Virus record (IMG/VR): IMGVR_UViG_3300034105_002260
Origin: a virus
Length of the DNA: 64,000 nt
Reading direction: 5' to 3' (one strand)
Shown here one piece after another: positions 48,946 to 58,521 of this stretch (positions are counted from its first letter, which is position 1; each line of letters starts with the position of its first letter). A model generated the notes under the pieces. The model made no database searches and had not been told where the DNA came from. It saw only the letters and a list, made by a program, of their open reading frames with translations. Both the position numbers and the translations under genes were made by a program.

Positions 48946-48987
48946 TGTTTGATTTATTCATATAAATAGTTTATATTTCAAAAGAAA

Positions 48988-50010
48988 ATGTACAATAATA
49001 TGGACAAAAAATTAAAATATAACGATTTTAAGTCCTTGTTTGACGAAGGTTGGGATGGTTTTAAGGGGTTTTATTTCAATGAGGCTCAACGTAATTTTGA
49101 AATGGAATACCGTAAAATAGGAAAGTGGGGGTGGTGTCAATCTAGAGAAAAAGAAGGAATTTTAACGGAGGACGGGGATTGGGATGATGCAAATAGAATT
49201 AACACGCACCCAAATTTGTGTAAATTCTTTTATGAGGAATGTATAAAAGACAATCCAAATATTTTTGTGGAGTTTGGTAATCCTCAATATCATAGAGAGA
49301 ATGTAATTGTATTATGGAATTTCATAATTGGTAATTTCGACCTATATTTTACAAAAAAAATTACAAACAAATATTACGATTTAATTTATGGGTTATTAAA
49401 CCAATCTTGGCAGAGAGGTAATATATCAGTTATAATTGCCGTTATTTATCTTAAGAAATTCTATCCTAATATTAAAAATATTAAATTTGGGTTTAAGACT
49501 GGTGATAAAGATGATATGGATGGTATTGATATTGAAGCAACTTTAGAGGATGATTCAATAATTAGGATTCAAGTAAAAGGTGGTAGATATACAGATAAAA
49601 ATTACGGTGGGAAGTATTATATAAATGGTTCCACTAATGATTTAAAATACGATAGATGTGACCACTATATCTACACACAAACAAAGTATGGTGATAAGCC
49701 ATCTTCGTTTATTATGTTTAAAAATACAGACCAAATAGGTAGGAAAGATAAAAGTATTATTGTCCCTGTTGATGATATAAAATTTAAAATACAAGAAAAT
49801 ATGCCAATGCCCGAAAACTTAACCGACTTAATGAAAATTTGTGGTGAGAATAACATCCAATTTCAAATTAAAAAAGAAGAAGAGTCAAACTACATTAAGT
49901 TAGATGAAGAAAATAAAACATTAACTATCAATTTCAGTGACTATGAAGATAATTCATTAGAAAAGGATTCAATAGAAATGTTAGATAAATTAAAAGAGAT
50001 GTTTAAGTAA
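48988..50010 (+). CDS. Hypothetical protein with possible PD-(D/E)xK nuclease domain
   Basis: GN.S, DDMDGIDI....IQVK. Confidence 0.45.
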   Translation: MYNNMDKKLKYNDFKSLFDEGWDGFKGFYFNEAQRNFEMEYRKIGKWGWCQSREKEGILTEDGDWDDANRINTHPNLCKFFYEECIKDNPNIFVEFGNPQYHRENVIVLWNFIIGNFDLYFTKKITNKYYDLIYGLLNQSWQRGNISVIIAVIYLKKFYPNIKNIKFGFKTGDKDDMDGIDIEATLEDDSIIRIQVKGGRYTDKNYGGKYYINGSTNDLKYDRCDHYIYTQTKYGDKPSSFIMFKNTDQIGRKDKSIIVPVDDIKFKIQENMPMPENLTDLMKICGENNIQFQIKKEEESNYIKLDEENKTLTINFSDYEDNSLEKDSIEMLDKLKEMFK

Positions 50011-51744
50011 ATCTTTACTAAACGATTCGGAATATTCTCCATCTCCCATTACTTGGTCAATAATATTTTTCTTCTTTTGTAAGATATTATAGATAATTTT
50101 TTCAACGGTGTTCTCAAATACAGGATAGTATACGAGAACACTATTTTTTTGTCCATATCTATAAGCCCTATCTTCTCCTTGAGAGTGGTCTGCAGGAACA
50201 AATGATAAGTCATTCATAATAACAACCTCAGCGGCGGTTAATGTAATACCAACACCCGCAGCTTTAATGTTACCAATAAACACTTTTATTTTATCATCAG
50301 TTTGAAACCTATCAACGTTCTCTTGTCTCTTATCTTTATTCATACGACCATCAAGAGTAACGGAGTTCTTTTTATATTTCTCGTGAATCATATCAAGACT
50401 CATTGTAAAGTTTGTAAAAACGATTACCTTCTTACCTTGTTCTAAACACTTATCAATTAGTTCACAAGTATAAGGAATTTTTTCATACGCAATGAGTTGT
50501 CTAATCTTCATCAAACGATTAAGTGTTACACTTATAGTTTCGTTATCCTTTTTGTCGGTACTAATACGTGTAAACTCTTCTAATTCCTCATCATACATCT
50601 TGCTTGTCAATTCAACAAACACTGGTGTTACAATTTTTTCAGGTAAATCAAGAATATCTGTTTTCATTCTACGTAAAACAAGATTTTTCGTTCGTTCACG
50701 AAGTTCATCTAAATTAGATGCTCCACTTGTGTTCCACACTCTACGATTACCAACGTTGAATTGATATCCTTTACAGTATCTACGAACATATGATTGCCAA
50801 TTTAATGTTAATGGTGATTCAACAATCTTTAATAGATTAAAATAGTTAATAGGTCTTGAGGTCATTGGCGTTCCTGTTAATAACCATACTTTGGGTATAG
50901 TTTCAAGAACATCATTTAATAGTCGAGTTCTATTTGCGGTAGCGTTAGAGATATAATGTGCTTCATCTACGATTGCCAAGTCAAAATTGGCATTAACCAA
51001 TAATTTATAATCGTCACTATCCTCACTCTTGTCTGTGGTGTGGTAGTTCTTAATAATATCATAATTAATAATATAGTAGTCATACGTTGATCCCCATTTA
51101 CGTCCTTCGACAATTAAAACTTTTCTATTTGAATAGTTTCTTATTTCCCTCTCCCAATTTATTTTTAAAGATGCGGGACACACTATAAGTATTTTTCTTG
51201 CTTTACTTTCTAACGACGCGATTACTGCGGATGTTGTTTTACCAAGACCCATATCATCCGCCAATATGAATTTGTTATTTGCTAATAACTTTTCAACTGC
51301 AATTTTTTGGTGATCCATTGGAGGTCTTGAGTCGTACTTGCTATAATCAATCACCCTATCCAATTTTTTCTCTTCTTGAACCACGGCAGCCTTTGGTAAC
51401 CAAAAGGATGACATTTGTTCGTGATTCAGAATTTTACCCCAAATGTGAAACGCCTTATCTGATTCACATAATAATTTCTCACACCAAATTGATTCGGGTG
51501 CGGTTGTTAATAGTTTATCTTCTTGTAGTTTTTCACCAAAAGTTGAAACGATATTAATATATTTTCTTGCAACCTTTGGAGTTGTTTCTTTATATTTTAT
51601 AACATATTCAGCCTGAGGTCTTGTTAATTTAAAATTTTTAACGTCCTTAAATTTACGTTTCCATTCCAATAGTTGGTTGTTCGAACCATCATAAGACGAT
51701 AAAACATTTCTAGCCTCTATCTCAGGAATATTAATACTTTCCAT
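49990..51744 (-). CDS. SNF2/SMARCAL1-like helicase
   Basis: LADDMGLGKT, DEAH, LTGTP, AGVGITLT, QGEDRAYRYGQ. Confidence 0.9.
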   Translation of the reverse strand: MESINIPEIEARNVLSSYDGSNNQLLEWKRKFKDVKNFKLTRPQAEYVIKYKETTPKVARKYINIVSTFGEKLQEDKLLTTAPESIWCEKLLCESDKAFHIWGKILNHEQMSSFWLPKAAVVQEEKKLDRVIDYSKYDSRPPMDHQKIAVEKLLANNKFILADDMGLGKTTSAVIASLESKARKILIVCPASLKINWEREIRNYSNRKVLIVEGRKWGSTYDYYIINYDIIKNYHTTDKSEDSDDYKLLVNANFDLAIVDEAHYISNATANRTRLLNDVLETIPKVWLLTGTPMTSRPINYFNLLKIVESPLTLNWQSYVRRYCKGYQFNVGNRRVWNTSGASNLDELRERTKNLVLRRMKTDILDLPEKIVTPVFVELTSKMYDEELEEFTRISTDKKDNETISVTLNRLMKIRQLIAYEKIPYTCELIDKCLEQGKKVIVFTNFTMSLDMIHEKYKKNSVTLDGRMNKDKRQENVDRFQTDDKIKVFIGNIKAAGVGITLTAAEVVIMNDLSFVPADHSQGEDRAYRYGQKNSVLVYYPVFENTVEKIIYNILQKKKNIIDQVMGDGEYSESFSKDLLKHLF

Positions 51745-51797
51745 ATATTGTAGAATATACATAAATAGAATGGAAGATTAAACTATTTATAGAGGAT

Positions 51798-52310
51798 ATG
51801 GATAATAAACTACCAATTACAAGATTAGGAAAATTCTTCTCAAAAGATGATTTTGACATCAATATTCAAATGGGTCAAGAGTATCTTCACGGAGATTTGA
51901 ATATGAAATTAGTACTTTATCGTGTAGATAGAGCAAACACAGACATTGATTCGGTTTACGCTGAAGTGGGTAAGGACGAAATAAAATATTTTCCCCCTGT
52001 TGAGTTTAATGCTTTAGTCAAAATTGACGAACCAAAAAATAACTCATACAAAACAGGGTTAATAAGATACGCCGAACCTGGTAATTTAACATTATCGGTT
52101 TATATCAGTCATTTGGAGGAATTAAAGATAGATATAAGATATGGTGATTATGTTGGTTATGCGGATTCTGAAGAGAAAATAAGATTCTACACTGTCACAA
52201 ATGACGGTAAGGTTACTTCGGACAATAAACATAAAATGTTTGGTTACAAACCACATTATAGAACAATAACTTGTGTTCCGGCACAGGAAGTAGAATTTAG
52301 AGGAGTATAA
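51798..52310 (+). CDS. Head-closure/neck protein (gp14-like)
   Basis: Late motif at 51784; VYAE....I...PPVE; position next to the gp15-like gene. Confidence 0.55.
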   Translation: MDNKLPITRLGKFFSKDDFDINIQMGQEYLHGDLNMKLVLYRVDRANTDIDSVYAEVGKDEIKYFPPVEFNALVKIDEPKNNSYKTGLIRYAEPGNLTLSVYISHLEELKIDIRYGDYVGYADSEEKIRFYTVTNDGKVTSDNKHKMFGYKPHYRTITCVPAQEVEFRGV

Positions 52311-52311
52311 A

Positions 52312-53565
52312 ATGGGAATACCTAAAAGAAAAAACAATATTGATGTTTATGGAGGTAAAGAAATTTACCAAGGTAAACAGGTTATGGATAGAAGACAAGA
52401 GTTATTAGATAGAATAACCAAGTCTGATTCATATATGCCCGATTCAATATTACACGATGATTTGGATGGTGGAATGTTAGATTTCATAAAGACCCATTTC
52501 AAAGTGGTATCGGATGGTTCGGCCATCCCAATTATACCAAAAATATTAACAATCCAAAGATGGGGTGAATTTACAAATAATTGGCAGTTCTCAGATGATG
52601 ATGGTAATATGAAGTTACCGTTTATTGCAGTTATTAGAAAACCAGACGTTCAACCAGGAACAAACCCATCAATTCAAAGAACAATACCTGATAGACAATC
52701 TTTCCATTATGCAACGGTTCCAACTTGGAACGGGTCTCAAATGGGTGCGGATGTATATAAGATGCCTCAACCTGTGGCAATCGACATTAGTTTTGAGGTT
52801 ACAATAGTTTGTACAAAATTTAGAGACTTAAATCGTTTTAATAAGATTGTTCTACAAAAATTCTCAGCTAGACAATCATATACAACCGTAAAAGGTCATT
52901 ATATACCCATTGTACTCGATTCTATCGATGATAATACTCCGATGGACTCAGTTGATGGTCGTAGATTCTACATCCAAAATTATAAGTTCACAATGTTAGG
53001 GTTCCTTATTGATAGTGAGGAGTTTGAGGTTAAACCCGCAGTGAGTAGAATGTTCCTTATGAATGAATTCATCCAATCAAAAGGGTATCAGAAGAAATAC
53101 ATTAACAAAACAATTGATATAACCGTTGCAACATTTACCGCTGATGGTATGCAGACTGCATTTAGTGTTGGTGAAAGTATTGGTATGTTGTTTAATGTTA
53201 CAATTAACGGTCTTCTTCAGGAAAGAGATGTTGACTATTTCCATATTCCAGGAACATCTAAAATTACTTTCGTAAGTCCTCCACTAGAAGGGTCAAGTGT
53301 GACTGTTACATATTATAAGGGTAGAAATAGTGTATTCATTGATTCGTACGGTAAACCAATTCAAGTTACCACCGAATATTTTACTTACAATGGAACAACC
53401 ATATCGTTTACAGTACAAAATACTATTGATAGTGTTGTGACTTTAGATATCAACGGTCTTGTTGAAGATGAGGGTGTTGGTTTTGAAATTACAGAATCGA
53501 ACGAAATTACATTACAGGGAACACCAGTATTAGGGTCAGTAATTGGTATTACTTATTTGTATTAA
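52312..53565 (+). CDS. Tail terminator/completion protein (gp15-like) with C-terminal tandem beta repeats
   Basis: QRWGEF, LPFIAV.R, PQPVAIDISFEV; repeated V.INGLLQ modules. Confidence 0.55.
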   Translation: MGIPKRKNNIDVYGGKEIYQGKQVMDRRQELLDRITKSDSYMPDSILHDDLDGGMLDFIKTHFKVVSDGSAIPIIPKILTIQRWGEFTNNWQFSDDDGNMKLPFIAVIRKPDVQPGTNPSIQRTIPDRQSFHYATVPTWNGSQMGADVYKMPQPVAIDISFEVTIVCTKFRDLNRFNKIVLQKFSARQSYTTVKGHYIPIVLDSIDDNTPMDSVDGRRFYIQNYKFTMLGFLIDSEEFEVKPAVSRMFLMNEFIQSKGYQKKYINKTIDITVATFTADGMQTAFSVGESIGMLFNVTINGLLQERDVDYFHIPGTSKITFVSPPLEGSSVTVTYYKGRNSVFIDSYGKPIQVTTEYFTYNGTTISFTVQNTIDSVVTLDINGLVEDEGVGFEITESNEITLQGTPVLGSVIGITYLY

Positions 53566-53720
53566 TCGTCACCATAGATATCTTTCTTTTTCGGTTTACA
53601 ATAATCCTCAATCCATTTTTCTAACACTTTATAGATTTTAAGACCATTCTTATCACAATAAGTTTTTAACATTTCGTGGTGTTTATCACCTATTTTAACG
53701 TTTTTCTGAGTGTTTTCCAT
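53562..53720 (-). CDS. Small ribbon-helix-helix-like DNA-binding protein (not in the ORF track)
   Basis: 52 aa: MENTQKNVKIGDKHHEMLKTYCDKNGLKIYKVLEKWIEDYCKPKKKDIYGDD. Confidence 0.6.
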   Translation of the reverse strand: MENTQKNVKIGDKHHEMLKTYCDKNGLKIYKVLEKWIEDYCKPKKKDIYGDD

Positions 53721-53845
53721 AGTATAAGATATTAAAAGATATATTAAGATAAATAACTATCTTTTTAAAGAAAGTACGGAAATCTTTGCTAAAAACAAAG
53801 ATATTTATAGAATAAGTAATAAAAATATTAACCAAACATTAATCG

Positions 53846-56686
53846 ATGGCAAATTCAAACAGAGTATTTGTTTCTCCAGGTGTCTACACATCAGAGAAAG
53901 ATCTAACATTCGTAGCTCAAAGCGTCGGGGTAACAACTCTTGGTTTAGTCGGTGAAACCTTAAAGGGTCCAGCCTTCGAACCAGTTCTAATAAGTAGTTT
54001 CGACGAATTCAAAACATATTTTGGACCAACTTCACCTTCAAAAGACGGTGTTGGTAACCCGAAATATGAATTACCGTATGTAGCTAAGTCGTACTTGCAA
54101 GAGTCAAACCAATTATTCGTAACAAGAGTATTGGGTCTTACAGGATACAAACCTTTCAAAACATTCGGTATTAAGACATTAGGTGGTATCACAGTAAATA
54201 AGAGTCAAACTCCTACTTCTACTGGGTTCACATTAACTCCAACCGTAACAGGTATTACAGGAAGTACAGTTTATACTGAACTTTCCACTAAAACATCTGT
54301 GGATGGTACAACAATAACAAGTTATATCACAGATAATTTCGCTGGATTTGGTACAGGACAAACAGGACAATGGTTTGTTATCGGTCTTGTTCCAAGTTCA
54401 AGTGTTTCTGGATTAAGTGGTACTGAGGTTTCTTCTCCATTAAATGGTACAAATAGAGCCAATTCATATAACAATAAAGAATGGTTCAACGTATTTTACA
54501 ACGATGGAGCAACTATAAACAGTGTTTATTCATATCTTTTTGTTTGGAATGGTACAGCTTTTACTGGAACTAAATTTATATGGACAGCAACTTTAAATAC
54601 TGACTATGATAATATAGTAGTGGCCGCTTTAAGGTCAAGAGGTAAATACGTTGGTCAAACATTAACACACGAAGTAACAGCAAACACTGGTGTTACAATT
54701 TCAAGTGTTGGTACCTTGGCTAAAAATGTATTCTCAGAATTTACAATAACAACCGCAGGATTAAATAGTGGAACTAAATCATTCACTTGTTCATTAGATA
54801 CAACATCTTCAAAATACATTACAAAAGTATTAGGAAGTGACGTGTTTGATAAATCAACTGAAGATTACGCGGTTTATGTTCACGAGGTATATCCAAAATT
54901 ATTAAAACACGCTTACGAGAAAGGATTAGTAAGAGGTGTTAGTTCAACAATCGATTATAATCTTGACGGAACGAATTTCTTACATCAATGGGATACCACA
55001 ATTTCTCCAATGGTTGTATCTGAGGTTCGTGGTGGTAAAGTTACGGATTTATTCCAAGTTCAGACAATTTCTGACGGTGAAGCCGCTAACTTCCAAGTTA
55101 AAATAATGATTCAAAACATTAACATTGATTCTGGTGAGTTTGATTTAATCGTAAGAGATTTTAACGATACTGATGACAATATGGTAGTAATTGAAAAATT
55201 CACAAGATGTTCAATGAATCCAGATTTACCAGGTTACGTCGCAAGAAAAATAGGTACTTCTGATGGTGAGTTTGAATTACGTTCAAAATACATTATGTTA
55301 GTTATGGACGCAAATCACCCAACAGATGCTTTCCCTGCAGGTTTCAAAGGTTTCTTAACTGACAACGCGTTCTCAGGGTCAACTTTGGGAAGTACAATTT
55401 ATAAAACTGATTATCTTGCAGCTGGAGACGTAATTTATTACGAATCAGATGGTACACCAGTATTGTCTAACGGAGATAAAGTAAGAAAAGTATCTTTAGG
55501 TCTTTCTTCTCAAGTTGGTTTCGATAAAGATTTGTTTAAATTCAAAGGAGCGGACGCAAGTGGTGAGTCTTTTGGATTCCACTTATCTTCAAACGCGGCT
55601 GCGATAACTGGGACATCATTTAAATGTACTCCATATGATTTAGAAGGTACAGATAAAGGATTGTTAGAAACTAGTGCATATCGTAAATTTACATTCGCGG
55701 TATATGGTGGTAGAGATGGTTGGGATATCTATAGAGATGTTAGAACTAACGGAGACGCTTACATTTTTGGTAAAAGTACATATGTAAGTGGTTATACTAC
55801 TAATAGTGGTGTATTCAGTAATACAGTAGGAAACTCTGATTATTACGCTTACTTAGATGGTATTAATACCTTCTCAAACCCTGAAGCTGTGGATATTAAC
55901 GTATTTGCGACTCCAGGTATTAACTTCTCAGATCACAGTTCTTTAACTACTCAAGCAATTGATATGGTTGAAAACGAAAGAGCGGATTCTCTATATATTA
56001 TTGGAGCTCCGAACAACCCAACAACAGAAGGTGTTATTGGTGATCTTGATACAGTTTCTTTAGATACAAACTACTCAGCAACATATTGGCCTTGGATTCA
56101 AGTAAGAGATACAGATAATGCAACTCAATTATACATCCCACCAACAGGTGAGGTTGTTAAGAACATTGCTTTAACTGATAATGTGTCTTACCCTTGGTTC
56201 GCAGTCGCTGGTTATTCAAGAGGTTTAGTAAATGCAATCAAAGCATCTAAGAAATTAACTTTAGATGAGAGAGATGACCTATATGCTAACAGAATTAACC
56301 CAATTGCGACATTCTCTGATACTGGTACTATAATTTGGGGTAACAAAACTCTTCAAGTTAGAGAATCAGCTTTAGATAGAATCAACGTAAGAAGATTACT
56401 ATTAAGAGCAAGAAAATTAATATCTGCCGTAGCGGTTAGATTATTGTTCGAGCAAAACGATGAACAAGTTAGAAACGAATTCTTAAGATTGGTTAACCCA
56501 ATTCTTGAGTCAATTAAAAAGGAAAGAGGTTTATATGAATTCCGTGTAACGGTTTCAAATGACCCAGAGGATATCGATGCTAACACATTGAGAGGTAAGA
56601 TTTACGTTAAACCTACTCGTTCTCTTGAATTTATTGATTTAGAATTCATAATTACCCCAACAGGGGCTTCATTTGAGAATATCTAA
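53846..56686 (+). CDS. Tail sheath protein (gp18-like)
   Basis: SPGVYTSEKD, PWFAVAG..RG, INPI, WGNKT, DRINVRRLL, LFEQND, KPTRSLEFI. Confidence 0.93.
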   Translation: MANSNRVFVSPGVYTSEKDLTFVAQSVGVTTLGLVGETLKGPAFEPVLISSFDEFKTYFGPTSPSKDGVGNPKYELPYVAKSYLQESNQLFVTRVLGLTGYKPFKTFGIKTLGGITVNKSQTPTSTGFTLTPTVTGITGSTVYTELSTKTSVDGTTITSYITDNFAGFGTGQTGQWFVIGLVPSSSVSGLSGTEVSSPLNGTNRANSYNNKEWFNVFYNDGATINSVYSYLFVWNGTAFTGTKFIWTATLNTDYDNIVVAALRSRGKYVGQTLTHEVTANTGVTISSVGTLAKNVFSEFTITTAGLNSGTKSFTCSLDTTSSKYITKVLGSDVFDKSTEDYAVYVHEVYPKLLKHAYEKGLVRGVSSTIDYNLDGTNFLHQWDTTISPMVVSEVRGGKVTDLFQVQTISDGEAANFQVKIMIQNINIDSGEFDLIVRDFNDTDDNMVVIEKFTRCSMNPDLPGYVARKIGTSDGEFELRSKYIMLVMDANHPTDAFPAGFKGFLTDNAFSGSTLGSTIYKTDYLAAGDVIYYESDGTPVLSNGDKVRKVSLGLSSQVGFDKDLFKFKGADASGESFGFHLSSNAAAITGTSFKCTPYDLEGTDKGLLETSAYRKFTFAVYGGRDGWDIYRDVRTNGDAYIFGKSTYVSGYTTNSGVFSNTVGNSDYYAYLDGINTFSNPEAVDINVFATPGINFSDHSSLTTQAIDMVENERADSLYIIGAPNNPTTEGVIGDLDTVSLDTNYSATYWPWIQVRDTDNATQLYIPPTGEVVKNIALTDNVSYPWFAVAGYSRGLVNAIKASKKLTLDERDDLYANRINPIATFSDTGTIIWGNKTLQVRESALDRINVRRLLLRARKLISAVAVRLLFEQNDEQVRNEFLRLVNPILESIKKERGLYEFRVTVSNDPEDIDANTLRGKIYVKPTRSLEFIDLEFIITPTGASFENI

Positions 56687-56707
56687 TCTAAAAGGAGATA
56701 TAAACAG

Positions 56708-56736
56708 AAAGGGGTTCCATTTACGGGACCCCTTTT
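56708..56736. terminator. Intrinsic terminator after sheath
   Basis: aaaggggttcc...gggacccctttt. Confidence 0.7.
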
Positions 56737-57021
56737 CTATTAAAAATGTATATGTTCCACAAGGAACCATTTTTTATAATAATTATACTTTTTTGCTTAT
56801 ATTAGTACTGTGGAAGTGTATATTCTAGTATTTATTAATAATATTTTAATTATTTTATTAATTAAGTAATTTATTCTAGAGCTTTTTATAGTGGTATTGT
56901 AAAAAACTACGAAAAATAATTGACATAATCAAGCCCAAGACAATAATAAACCAAAAAAAGATTATTTTCCATTTGGCTTATATTTATATGAAAGATAAAC
57001 TAAAAACTTAACAAATACAAA

Positions 57022-57510
57022 ATGGCAGATTTACTAATGAAAATGCCGGTTCCTTACGAACCGAAAAGAGTTAACCGATTCATTGTTAGATTCCCTTCAT
57101 CATTGGGTATCAACGAATGGTATGTTACTTCAGCTAAAAGACCTAGTGCTAAAATTAACTCGGTTGAGATTCCTTTCTTAAACACTTCAACTTACGTTGC
57201 AGGTAGATTTACTTGGGAAGCTCTTCAAGTTACATTTAAAGACCCAATTGGTCCTTCAGCATCACAAGCTTTAATGGAATGGTTCCGTTTACACGCAGAA
57301 TCAGTAACAGGTAGAATGGGATATGCTGCTGGATATAAAAAAGACATTGAATTGGAAATGTTAGACCCAACAGGAGTTGTGGTTGAAAAATGGATTCTTC
57401 AAGGTACATTCATCACCGACTTAAACTTTGGTGATTTGGATTACAACAACGATGCAATCGCAACTATCCAATGTACATTGAGAATGGATAGATGTATTCA
57501 AGTATACTAA
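57022..57510 (+). CDS. Tail tube protein (gp19-like)
   Basis: EPKR.NRF, YVAGRFTW, YKKDIELEMLDPTG..VEKW.L.G.F. Confidence 0.88.
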   Translation: MADLLMKMPVPYEPKRVNRFIVRFPSSLGINEWYVTSAKRPSAKINSVEIPFLNTSTYVAGRFTWEALQVTFKDPIGPSASQALMEWFRLHAESVTGRMGYAAGYKKDIELEMLDPTGVVVEKWILQGTFITDLNFGDLDYNNDAIATIQCTLRMDRCIQVY

Positions 57511-57534
57511 TACCATTTTCTACATAATATTATT

Positions 57535-57583
57535 AAACCAACAACCGAATTAGTAAATCTGTCTAATGGGTTGTTGGTTTTTT
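57535..57583 (+). terminator. Intrinsic terminator / long hairpin
   Basis: aaaccaacaacc...ggttgttggttt followed by a T tract. Confidence 0.65.
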
Positions 57584-57628
57584 ATTTTAAATCTTTACTT
57601 TCACATAGTTATTAAGTAAATTAACACT

Positions 57629-58378
57629 ATGGAACAATTTGCAATAGACCCAACAATCGCATATGATGTAGTTGAACTTCCTTCTAAAGGTATTCATTAC
57701 ACAAACAAGAAAAAATCGGTTCGAGTGGCTTACTTAACCGCTACCGATGAGAATATTTTATCCGCTCAAAACTTACTTAAAACCAATACAGTTATTGAGG
57801 AGTTATTGAAAAGAAAAATATTAGATAAAGACCTACCAATAGACGAACTATCAGATGAAGATAGAAGTGCAATTCTTATATTTTTAAGAAACACATCTTT
57901 TGGTCCAGAATACACATTTTATTTACGAGATCCGAAAAATGATGAAGAATTCACTGCAGTAGTGGATTTAAGTGAAATAACATTTAAAGACTTCACATTG
58001 GCTCCAGATGAAATGGGAGAATTTAAATTCCATTTCCCAAAATCAAATGTCGACATTACTTTTAAATTTTTAACTAAAAAACAACTTAAAGAAATTGAAA
58101 AAATTGAAGAGAGTTGGAACGGTATTGGTGTTGCACCGATTGTTACCAAACAGTTAGAAATGATGATTAAATCCATCGCTGGTAATAGAGACCTGATGAA
58201 CATCCACAATTTTGTTGAACAGATGCCAATCAAAGATTCTCAAGACTTCAGAAAATTCGTAAAAGAACATAAACCAAATTTAGATTTAGTAAAATCAGTA
58301 ACCGCCCCGTCAGGAGAACTTGTCAATGTAGAAATTGGCTTTGGGGTGGAGTTTTTTCGCCCTTTCTACGGAGTATAA
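57629..58378 (+). CDS. Tail/baseplate hub assembly chaperone (gp26-like)
   Basis: VELPSKG..Y, YLTA.DENIL, D..AILIFLR..SFG..Y, C-terminal EFFRP; lies between tube and TMP. Confidence 0.75.
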   Translation: MEQFAIDPTIAYDVVELPSKGIHYTNKKKSVRVAYLTATDENILSAQNLLKTNTVIEELLKRKILDKDLPIDELSDEDRSAILIFLRNTSFGPEYTFYLRDPKNDEEFTAVVDLSEITFKDFTLAPDEMGEFKFHFPKSNVDITFKFLTKKQLKEIEKIEESWNGIGVAPIVTKQLEMMIKSIAGNRDLMNIHNFVEQMPIKDSQDFRKFVKEHKPNLDLVKSVTAPSGELVNVEIGFGVEFFRPFYGV

Positions 58379-58508
58379 GAAGGGACAATTAGACGAGATT
58401 TTATTCTTGGTTAAAAGAGGGTTTTCCTATGGGGATGTTATGTCTATGCCAATATACATAAGGAGGTACTATATCAATTATTTAATTGAATTAGAAACCA
58501 CAACTTAA
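58356..58508 (+). CDS. Probable +1 frameshift extension of the tail chaperone (gp51/GT-like segment)
   Basis: +1 frame reads FALSTEYKKGQLDEILFLVKRGFSYGDVMSMPIYIRRYYINYLIELETTT*, with no ATG at its 5' end, beginning at TTT-TTT-CGC. Confidence 0.6.
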   Translation, partial: FALSTEYKKGQLDEILFLVKRGFSYGDVMSMPIYIRRYYINYLIELETTT

Positions 58509-58521
58509 TCTATTTATATGT

